DNA from: an uncultured bacterium
GTDB taxonomy: Bacteria; Macinerneyibacteriota; Macinerneyibacteria; Macinerneyibacteriales; DSCS01
Assembly: GCA_964548195.1 (NCBI GenBank)
Contig: CAZJQC010000005.1
Span: 56,590 to 83,516 of the forward strand
Direction: 5' to 3'
DNA: 26,927 nucleotides
The notes under the pieces were generated by a model. The model saw only the letters and a list, made by a program, of their open reading frames with translations, was not told where the DNA came from and did not search any database. Shown one piece after another: positions 9,430 to 17,500 of the stretch (positions are counted from its first letter, which is position 1; the number at the start of each line of letters is the position of its first letter). Both the position numbers and the translations under genes were made by a program.

Positions 9430-10287
9430 TCATTCTTTCCGTGCGCCGGAGTCCCGGCTGCCTCTTGGATTGCCCGTGACTTTGATGCGCGCGATCTCAC
9501 CCTCTTCAAAAAAAACATCCATAAACTCACATTCCAGACGGTTTTCCTCTTCCAGGTCAGCCATGACCGAATAGACGCCGCCGCTCGCATGGACGTATTC
9601 AGGGTCATTCCCGTTGAAATCCATCTTTATGTAATCGGCCGTCAAGTCTATGACCCTCTCCGTCCCGGTCCAATGGAGATCGCCATGTCCGTATACATCC
9701 ACGCTATTTATGCTTTCCCCGTCGACAAGGCTCAATATTATCTTGTCCCCTCCGATATAGTCATCGTCCATGGAAAGATAGGGCATACCGGTAAGCATTA
9801 TCGAATCCCCTGACCCGTCGTAAAGAAGATACTCCGAAAAGGAGCGCGCGTCCTCTCTCACGAAGCTGACATCTTCATAGAATTCCATCTTGTTTCCGGC
9901 CTTGAGAAACACCGCCCGGTCGGAATCGATCAGCGCCGATTCCTTTCCGGCCTTGACCCCCCCGTAGAAGACCGCGCGCTCAAGCACGGTATCGTATTCC
10001 ATATATTGGGATGCAATCTCATATCCGCCGGCGTTCACGACCACGTTCCCCGACATAAATATCCTGTTGAGCCTCTCCTCATACCTGAAACTGTCGGACT
10101 CATAGGAATCACCGCCATTGGTAATGCGAACATCTCCCGAGAACAAGACAACGGACGCGCCCTCATCGTACACCGCCTTGGAATTCCGGGCATGTTCAAG
10201 CACCCAGTCCTCCGAAAGCTGCGCGCCGGCGATGGATACCAGCAGAAAAAAACATATAAAAAGGGGTATGAACTTAGTTCCTTCCAT
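9430..10287 (-). CDS. lptA: LptA/OstA-like periplasmic beta-jellyroll protein
   Basis: Signal peptide, repeated F.G.V and beta-strand patterns (FSGDVRI, MSGNVVV, FYGGVKA, LTGMPYL), and position between lptC and lptB. Confidence 0.75.
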   Translation of the reverse strand: MEGTKFIPLFICFFLLVSIAGAQLSEDWVLEHARNSKAVYDEGASVVLFSGDVRITNGGDSYESDSFRYEERLNRIFMSGNVVVNAGGYEIASQYMEYDTVLERAVFYGGVKAGKESALIDSDRAVFLKAGNKMEFYEDVSFVREDARSFSEYLLYDGSGDSIMLTGMPYLSMDDDYIGGDKIILSLVDGESINSVDVYGHGDLHWTGTERVIDLTADYIKMDFNGNDPEYVHASGGVYSVMADLEEENRLECEFMDVFFEEGEIARIKVTGNPRGSRDSGARKE

Positions 10288-10792
10288 GCGGTTCTTTTAT
10301 GGAGATCTCATTGGTAGACAGGTCCATTTCCATCCCCGTTCCCTCCACAAAGCCTCCGTTCCGTTCTATCTTTACGGGTGATTCGCTGTATACACGCTGC
10401 AGCGATGCCGAGTAATTCAATATTTCCGTGTACGCGGTTATGCCTTTTTTCACATTTCTGAGCACTACATTGTCCGTCAGGACCACATCGTTAGTCGAAA
10501 GATCGACCTTCGCATTATCCGCTTTCACAGTGTTTTCGATCGTGCCGGTTTCGCCGTAAAAAGATATTTCCACAGCCTTGGCGTAGACATATGCCGTCTC
10601 GTCCTCGCTCTGGCTCAGCGAATCGGCAAAGATCTCCCAGACCTTCCGGCCCCTGTCCGTGTATTTCAGTGTCATGCCGCTTTTAAAGACCTTCCCCGGT
10701 TCTCCGGGCAAAGGGGACTCCCCTTCGCCGTCGCCGGAAGTGCATCCCTGGAAGATAAGCACGAGTATCACAAAACCCAATATTTTTCGCAT
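10274..10792 (-). CDS. lptC: LPS export periplasmic protein LptC (putative lipoprotein)
   Basis: G.KVWEIFA, VVLTDNVV, TEILNY, VYSESPVKI, VEGTGM and the N-terminal lipobox-like IFQG-C; synteny with lptAB. Confidence 0.82.
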   Translation of the reverse strand: MRKILGFVILVLIFQGCTSGDGEGESPLPGEPGKVFKSGMTLKYTDRGRKVWEIFADSLSQSEDETAYVYAKAVEISFYGETGTIENTVKADNAKVDLSTNDVVLTDNVVLRNVKKGITAYTEILNYSASLQRVYSESPVKIERNGGFVEGTGMEMDLSTNEISIKEPHGRN

Positions 10793-10798
10793 GGCTTC

Positions 10799-10827
10799 AT
10801 TATAAGTCATATTGACACCGCTTTCAA
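10799..10827 (-). promoter_or_regulatory. sigma70-type promoter for lptC-lptA-lptB-rpoN-lpdA
   Basis: Minus strand TTGAAA-N17-TATAAT, with the -10 ending 6 nt before the lptC ATG at 10792. Confidence 0.75.
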
Positions 10828-10832
10828 CTTCT

Positions 10833-11972
10833 TTATGTCCCCGGCCGACCCTCTCTCCCGATGTATTCGCCGATGTGGTCGCTCAGTTCCTTTCTGTCAG
10901 TGACCCCGTACAATATCTGGCGGAGATGGGCTTCTCTGATCAGTTTTCCAAGCTCCCGGCCGGAAACACCGAACCTGGCCGCGACATCCTCTCCGTTAAG
11001 GATGCAACGTTCGTTTTTCCTGATGCTTTCCAGCAGTCCCGCCCGCCCGGTTTTCCCTCTTTCCCTGAAATATTCCACGGCGGGATCCAGTATGGCCGCG
11101 CTTTTTTTGTACAGCCGCTCCGCCGTCTCACGTCTGCCGCAGAACTCCGCCGACATGATCGCATATGCAAGGTCCCTGTCCCTGTTTGAAAAGCCGTAGC
11201 GTCGGAGAAAATCGGCAAAGCCGCCGCTTTTGCCCGAAGCGTCAAAGAGGTCGAACATGTTTCCGACGGCACCCGACCCGAATCCTTTTTGTGGCGGTGA
11301 CGCCCTGAATCCGAACAAAGTGTCCGCCGCGCCGCTTGAAACCATGGCCTCTATGGCATGCGGCGACGGGGACTCAAAAAGTTTTTTCAGCTCGTATACT
11401 ACCCGCTCCTGCGAGGCCTTGTGTATGAGGGCACCCAGCTCCCCCGCGCGCGCGAGTGTGGCGGGCTCAACTGAAAAATCCAGCTGTGACGCGAACCGGA
11501 ACGCCCGCAGGACGCGAAGCGGGTCGTCGGCCATTGAATCCCGCGTCACCTGTCTTATGACGCGTTTCTTTATGTCGGCAAGCCCGTCCACATAATCGAC
11601 AAGCGCGTATCTTTCGCCCTGTTTTTCAAGATAAAGCGCGTTGACGGAAAAATCGCGTTTTACGGAATCCCGCCTCAGATCGCCGCCCCCGGCCTCCTGA
11701 AAATCCACTGTGACATCCCGGAAACAAAGCCGCGAAGTCTGAAATCCCTTGTTGGAAAACAAGACCTCTCTGAACCTGATACGGGCAAAAAGCTCCCGCT
11801 TCAGTCTTTCATAATCACCATCATATACAAAATCATAATCCGAAGGCCTCCCCAGCCCCAGAAGCCGGTCTCTGACGGCCCCGCCCACCAGAAAAACAGC
11901 CACGCCCGATGCGCGCGCGGTCTCGAATACCGAGTCAACGATATGGCCGGACGGAAAGGAGAGGCCGCTCAT
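10833..11972 (-). CDS. Class II tRNA nucleotidyltransferase (CCA/poly(A) polymerase family), probably CC-adding type
   Basis: LVGGAVRD..LG...DYD, KRDFSVNAL, DDPLRVLRAFRF and SQERV..EL; the ATG at 11972 forms an ATGA overlap with the upstream gene. Confidence 0.88.
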   Translation of the reverse strand: MSGLSFPSGHIVDSVFETARASGVAVFLVGGAVRDRLLGLGRPSDYDFVYDGDYERLKRELFARIRFREVLFSNKGFQTSRLCFRDVTVDFQEAGGGDLRRDSVKRDFSVNALYLEKQGERYALVDYVDGLADIKKRVIRQVTRDSMADDPLRVLRAFRFASQLDFSVEPATLARAGELGALIHKASQERVVYELKKLFESPSPHAIEAMVSSGAADTLFGFRASPPQKGFGSGAVGNMFDLFDASGKSGGFADFLRRYGFSNRDRDLAYAIMSAEFCGRRETAERLYKKSAAILDPAVEYFRERGKTGRAGLLESIRKNERCILNGEDVAARFGVSGRELGKLIREAHLRQILYGVTDRKELSDHIGEYIGREGRPGT

Positions 11973-12658
11973 CCGAAAAATATCCTTTCGGCGTCCCGGG
12001 CGCACGCCTCCTTGTTCAAACTGACATATTCCTGAAAAGAACGGCGTTTAAGCCCCTGTCTCAAGGACGTGTCAATGCCCTCGCTCTCATAATATCTGTC
12101 CATGATAACGGAGACGTCGTCCGCGGAAAGTCCGAACCCGAAATACAGGCCCCAGAAAGGATAACCCGGAGCATGGCGGCATAAACCGTTGATGTCAGTG
12201 AATCTCAGCCCCTCATCGGAGTACCGTATCCTCTCCGGAGTGAACGGGACCCCGAGCTCCCCTTCGCCATCATCCGCGACTATACCGGCAAAAGGCCGAA
12301 GTCTCCGCGTAAGCAGGATGAAGTCGCCGGGCCCGGCGGAAGCCACCTTATCATCGCATACCGGCCCGCTGCCGAGAAAATAGACATAATCCTCGTTTTT
12401 CAGCCTCATGCCGAAGGCAAACGGGTCAAGCACGGACGTATCCGCGCCCGCATTGTTCAGCCGCCACTCCAACGGGGCGGCTCCTTCATACTGTTTCATG
12501 ATCAGATACTCTTCGCCGCCGGCTCTAAGGCTGACCCGAAAATGTTTATGGTAAAAATCCGCGCCCTCCCTTACGGAGAGCCCCTCAAGTTTTTTTATGT
12601 CCGACGCATAATAGACGGTGAGCAGCTTCCTGACAAAAGAGTCCCTGAGCCTGTTCAT
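11969..12658 (-). CDS. Hypothetical protein, possibly a degenerate APH/choline-kinase-like fold
   Basis: 229 aa ORF coupled by ATGA overlaps at both ends (12655-12658 and 11969-11972). The function is inferred only weakly. Confidence 0.65.
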   Translation of the reverse strand: MNRLRDSFVRKLLTVYYASDIKKLEGLSVREGADFYHKHFRVSLRAGGEEYLIMKQYEGAAPLEWRLNNAGADTSVLDPFAFGMRLKNEDYVYFLGSGPVCDDKVASAGPGDFILLTRRLRPFAGIVADDGEGELGVPFTPERIRYSDEGLRFTDINGLCRHAPGYPFWGLYFGFGLSADDVSVIMDRYYESEGIDTSLRQGLKRRSFQEYVSLNKEACARDAERIFFG

Positions 12659-12876
12659 GAGCCGCCGCCCTTTTTTTTCAGGGGTGAAATGCTCCCGTCC
12701 TGCTCCTTTATGCGGATGTTGTCGAGTTGTGCTCTCATATTCTGTCTGAATATTTTGAGATATGATTTGCGCAGCCGCTCCTGTTCTTTTTCTTCGGCTT
12801 TTGTCAGGCCGGCCGTCTTTTTTTTGTGCCATAACACATTGATCCTGCTGATTATGGCATTGATGTCACTGTCCAT
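12655..12876 (-). CDS. DUF896 (UPF0291/YnzC-like) small protein
   Basis: I.RIN.L..KKK..GLT..E..EQ..LR..YL..FR pattern; RBS AAGGGAG 6 nt before ATG 12876. Confidence 0.88.
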   Translation of the reverse strand: MDSDINAIISRINVLWHKKKTAGLTKAEEKEQERLRKSYLKIFRQNMRAQLDNIRIKEQDGSISPLKKKGGGS

Positions 12877-12903
12877 AGCCACTCCCTTCGCAATGCAGTC
12901 GAT

Positions 12904-12932
12904 ATGATAGACCGTATCCGGGATATTTTCAA
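12904..12932 (-). promoter_or_regulatory. sigma70-type promoter for DUF896-hypothetical-nucleotidyltransferase
   Basis: Minus strand TTGAAA-N17-TATCAT. The spacer contains a small palindrome, TATCC-G-GGATA (12915-12925). Confidence 0.65.
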
Positions 12933-13408
12933 ATTATATCTTCATCCGTGACCGATATCACTTTATTCCCGTCATAGACTATGGTCATTGAAAAAAGCCG
13001 CTCGTCGATAACATAAGGGGTGAATATGCGGTCGCCCTCCCACATGGGCAAAAGAAGCATCCGGTCTTTCTCTATCCAGGCCAAAGTGCCTTCCGGAGAC
13101 TCCGCTACCTGTTTGCCGCTGAAATCGTCGCATAAAAAGACAAAGTCCACCCACTCACAACCGAAAGGCGAATTGCCGTAATCGGGAAAATGGAGAAAAC
13201 CCAGAAACTTAAGCCTTCCGGGTATGAGCCCGGTCTCCTCTTCAGTCTCGCGGCCGGCGCATGCGATAATGGATTCATTAGATTCCCGTTTACCGCCGGG
13301 CGCCACCCAAAGCCCCTTGTGAAAATCATCCGGTTTCCTGTCTCTATGCAACATAAGGTAGCGGCCGTTCTTTTTTATGTATACGAGCACCCCCGTTTTA
13401 TGGCTCAT
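12929..13408 (-). CDS. NUDIX hydrolase, MutT/MutX-like 8-oxo-dGTP diphosphatase
   Basis: Nudix box GGKRESNESIIACAGRETEEETGL and the MutX-like EGTLAW...LPMWEGDRIF. Confidence 0.9.
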   Translation of the reverse strand: MSHKTGVLVYIKKNGRYLMLHRDRKPDDFHKGLWVAPGGKRESNESIIACAGRETEEETGLIPGRLKFLGFLHFPDYGNSPFGCEWVDFVFLCDDFSGKQVAESPEGTLAWIEKDRMLLLPMWEGDRIFTPYVIDERLFSMTIVYDGNKVISVTDEDII

Positions 13409-13423
13409 CCCGGTCCTTTCCGC

Positions 13424-13450
13424 AAAAAGACGGGGCCCTTGGGCCCCGTC
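13424..13450 (-). terminator. Rho-independent terminator closing the pilin operon
   Basis: Perfect inverted repeat GACGGGGCCC-AA-GGGCCCCGTC followed by TTTTT on the minus strand, 3 nt after the stop at 13454. Confidence 0.85.
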
Positions 13451-13453
13451 CTG

Positions 13454-14509
13454 TCAATTGGCGTTATACGTGACCGCCGGTGTCACCACCCGCCTGAAAA
13501 CGGAACGCTTCCCCGTCTGCGTCACTGTGACAAGCACGATCTCAAAACTGATGTTGAAATCCGTCGTGGCATTGTAATCAATAGTCCCGTCCGCATTCCT
13601 GATAGCATAAAGGGAATCCGGCGGAAGGAAGATCTTTTCACCTCGCACCCATTTAAAGGGTATGATGGAAAAAAGCGCCACTTTATCGGCCACCACTGTG
13701 TATCGGGGCTCATATGTGGAGGGGAACTTTTTAGCCATATGCGGCTGATTGAACTTCCTCATAAGATAAAACCACTTGAACCTTTTCCCGGCTTTCTGGA
13801 ACCATTCGGCCTGGGGCACGAGAAAATAAGTCACCTCGTAGCCGACGACGGCGTCGACCACATCCGGGTCTTCCCCGTCCATGCCGTCGCCGTCAAAATC
13901 TATGCCGTCGCGGTCATTGTCCTCGGGGGAGCCGTCATATGTGATCCTGCCATCACCGTCGTCATCCCTGTATTCGAGGAAATAAAGATCGCGTATGTCC
14001 GTGTCCGTACCGTCTCTTCCCGCCTCATAATCCGCATCATCAATGCCTATGGAGAATGTTATGCCGTTTTGGGGTATCTCAGAATCCGAGTTGAAAAAGA
14101 GTTTGTCGACTATCTCCTGTTTCAATTCCGGGAGTATGGTGCCTCCCGTCGTGGATTCGAGAAAAGTCCCGTCGGCGGTGGTGAAAGAGATGGTGTTACC
14201 GTCGTATGTCACGGTGCCTTCCAGCTTCAGTGTCTGATTAGTGGGCCCCTTATAAAGGGACCCGTCCGTGTTCACTATCTTATTAGGCACCACGTCCCGC
14301 ATCTCTGTCATCACGATGCTCATGGACATAAAATCATTCAGCAGGGTGTGGAAGCCTATGTCGAATCTCTGTTCGGTGATGATCTGCTCCTGTATGCCTA
14401 TGGTCTGCTTCACAAACACGTTGAAGAGATTATACACCGCGATGGATATGACACCGAGGATGGCAATGACAATAAACAACTCTATCAGTGTAACTCCGTT
14501 TTTTTTCAT
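13454..14509 (-). CDS. Type IV prepilin-like protein, PilW/GspJ-like minor pilin with an Asp-rich insert
   Basis: Class III signal MKKNG|VTLIELFIVIAILGVI (Glu5 present), the LLNDF helix typical of the J/W class and DDDGDG...DNDRDGIDFDGDGMDGED; RBS AAGGAGG. Confidence 0.82.
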   Translation of the reverse strand: MKKNGVTLIELFIVIAILGVISIAVYNLFNVFVKQTIGIQEQIITEQRFDIGFHTLLNDFMSMSIVMTEMRDVVPNKIVNTDGSLYKGPTNQTLKLEGTVTYDGNTISFTTADGTFLESTTGGTILPELKQEIVDKLFFNSDSEIPQNGITFSIGIDDADYEAGRDGTDTDIRDLYFLEYRDDDGDGRITYDGSPEDNDRDGIDFDGDGMDGEDPDVVDAVVGYEVTYFLVPQAEWFQKAGKRFKWFYLMRKFNQPHMAKKFPSTYEPRYTVVADKVALFSIIPFKWVRGEKIFLPPDSLYAIRNADGTIDYNATTDFNISFEIVLVTVTQTGKRSVFRRVVTPAVTYNAN

Positions 14510-14524
14510 CTCATCGCCTCCTTT

Positions 14525-17500
14525 TCAGTAGTACAGGAACCGCAGAAGCCCCTTCATCGACTCATATCTCCAGTTTTCCGTGGATATGGCCTCTATGCCA
14601 AAACCGAGATAGACCATCTTCGTGTCAAGCAGGTTTCGCTGCCCGTCGTCGATCGAAAAATCCCAGCCCCCGCTGCCGTCCTCAATGCCCCTGAACACCC
14701 ACACACCGGCTGTATAGCCAACGGATTGCGGGTAAGCTCCGAACACCAGACTCTGCTTTGTAGCGGGCAGATAATGGTCCGTACCGGAATAATCGTAGCC
14801 GTGCACCGCCGGATTGGCCAGCAGCATCTTGCCTTCGACTTTCAGGTCGCCGGTAATCAGTTCCGAAGCCAGCGCCCATCTGTCCGGTTCCGGATCTGCC
14901 TGGTCGGAATAACCGTCGTAATATTCGTCCGTGAGGGGGGCGAGCAGATAATGCCTCAGGTAGTTCGCGCCCGAATCCCTTGAGAGGTCAAGTCCCTCAT
15001 CGTCCTTTTTCATCTCGCCTACCGTGTCGCCGTATATGACATCGTTTATCGCGTAGTCATCGTAATAATCCGTCACCCAGAACACAGGGTTGAGCAGGTT
15101 GGACACGACATATGGATAAGATGAAAAATAACTGTATGTCTGCCTTCCGCCAAGGCCAAATCCAAGCCATCTCCTTATGAAGTAATTTCTCAGTTGCGTC
15201 GAGTAGATGCTGGAAGAGTCGAATTCATGGAAGAATGTCTTCCCTATGAAAGCTATTCTCGGCGGCACGTCCGAATCATATTGTGAAAGCGTCACGGTCT
15301 TGTCCCCGGTGTAATGGAACATGTCGCTGTCCCCCACAACACCTTCCAGATATGACCCCTCGAAGCTCCTGAACCCCGGGTAGGGCGCGGTCATAAAGGA
15401 ATGCAGCAGCTGTATCACGCCGTCGGAAAATCCCGGAGGCTGAGCCGTGTTGCCCGTGAAGAATATGATGATGTCGTAATCATCGAACTTCCCGTTGGAA
15501 TCCGCATCCAGGTATCCCGCAAGCGTTGAGACATCAACGTTCTGCGAGAGTTCAGCCACGGTGCAGTCCGCGTCGTTCCAGTACAGAGGGCCGTCCGGCA
15601 GTGTGTAATACGGCTGCACGTTGTCGCTTCCCGAAGACTCGTATGTATCCATGTCGAACACCAGCGTCCTTATGCGCTCCGCCTTCACGGGTATCCATTG
15701 CGAACTTATGTCTGTCGGCAGCGTTTCGTGGTTATCGGGATCCGCAGAAGCGCTCGCGCGGTAATAATAGGCGCTCTCGCCGCTGCCGTCCACCACCTGT
15801 ATGTAGAAGTAGAACGTGCCGGGCGAAGAGATGTCAAGATCGTCAAGCTCAAAACCGAACGTGTCCGCTATGGGCACTTCCACTATGGTGGCCGCCTTTT
15901 CGTGCAGCGTGGCGATATCATCCACCGACGTGTAATGAAGCTTGACTGAAGCTATGCCGTTCTCATCGCTTGCCTGCCAGCCTATGAAGAAGTTCATGTT
16001 GGATTGCGAATCTCCGGTCAGCATCCAGTCAGGATTGTAATGATACGGTTTTTGTATATTGGGATGGTTCGCAAGCTGTATGACGCTGGTCTCGCTGATC
16101 ACGGGCTTTGTGTCAGCCGCGGTCGGAGAGTATATGAACTTCCACTCATTGGTGGAATAGTTCAACACCTTGTCCTGCGCATATATGCCTACAAGAACGA
16201 CGTCATTATCCTCAAGTACCGTTCCCAGAGTGAACTGCAATGTGACGTTGTTCACATTGTTCTTTATATAAGCCACCTGAGCCGAGATGTCCGTGAAGCC
16301 TCCGCCGGGCAGATCGTCCCAGGTCACAGACTGCGTCGGCTCATCCGTGATGACCTTATACACGACCCGCGGAACGCCGTTGACAGGATCCACATCCACG
16401 CCGGTTTCCGTCTCCACACCGTTTATGATCGTCGAATCGATGATCCTTGCGGCCACGGTGACTTCGGCGTTGTTAGTGTAGGCGGTGCTGCCGGGGATAT
16501 ACGGCGACAGCGGGTATATGCGCGGAGGTTTCGTGTCCGGTTCCTCCGTGACATAGACTTCCGTCTCGGCCGAACTCGCGTTTCCCGACCTGTCCTTGAT
16601 CACAACGCGGTAATAATGGGGGCCCGGAGGCACGCCTTCGATGTTCACGCCCACGTTCATGGAGCTGAAGACATCGGTAGCCTCCTTTTCGATCAGCTGG
16701 TGTTTTATCAGTTCCCAGGAATATTTGATCTCGCCGCCGGACTCGTATTCATTTTTTTCAAAGATGTATATCCTGTCCAGTCCGCTCGTGGGGACCTCAA
16801 GTCCCGCAGGCGGAGAATCCTTGGCCGTCACGGCAAGGGTCACCTTGCTGGAAGTGACGAATGTGCCCGGAGCGGGGCTGATCTCAGTGACCGCCGGAGC
16901 TACCGTGTCGACTATGAAATCATAACTGCGCGTATCAAGATATACGCCGGTGGCCTGCTCGGGATTTGTCCTCGCGGTCACTTCTATGTTCCATTTGCCG
17001 TTGGGCGTATCATCCGTAATATCAAAACCTCCGTTGAAGGTGCCGCCGCCGGCATTACTTACAACCCAGGTATACACGGTCTTTTCCGCGTTCGCCGTAT
17101 AGTTCGAGGTGATGTCCTGAGTCGTCCCGTCAGGCTTCGTCAGTATCGCGGATGATATCTTTATGGGAGAAGCCGAATATATGATGCCTTCGTAATGTGT
17201 CGCAAAATCATTCTGTTCGAAAGCCTCGTCATAGATGCCGTTTCCGTTATTGTCCTTGAAATCCGAGTCGGCTTCAAGCATATCGCCATCCAGATAATCC
17301 GTCTTGCCGTCCTCGTCGTTGTCGACATCGTCAATGTCGTAATATGAAAGGTTGTCCGTGTTGTTCAGTCCGTTTATGATATCCGCGTTCTTGCGGTAGT
17401 CCATGGCCAGGAGCATGGCGCCGTCCGAGGTGATGACCATGTCGTCGTCGCTGACATCATTGAAATAGGTGTCCACGACCGGTTTGTTGCTTTTTACGCC

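Noticed and set aside
12659..12832. N-terminal extensions proposed by the ORF track (here, and at 9417-9608, 20177-20311, 22141-22206 and 5848-5886)
   Set aside because: They overlap neighbouring genes or promoters; downstream starts with an RBS or ATGA coupling fit better.
13190..14983. 597-aa plus-strand ORF, and similar long antisense ORFs (16004-17155, 19157-20083, 6480-7334, 4338-5123)
   Set aside because: They lie antisense to well-supported genes, have no recognisable motifs, and show the composition expected of codon-bias shadow frames.
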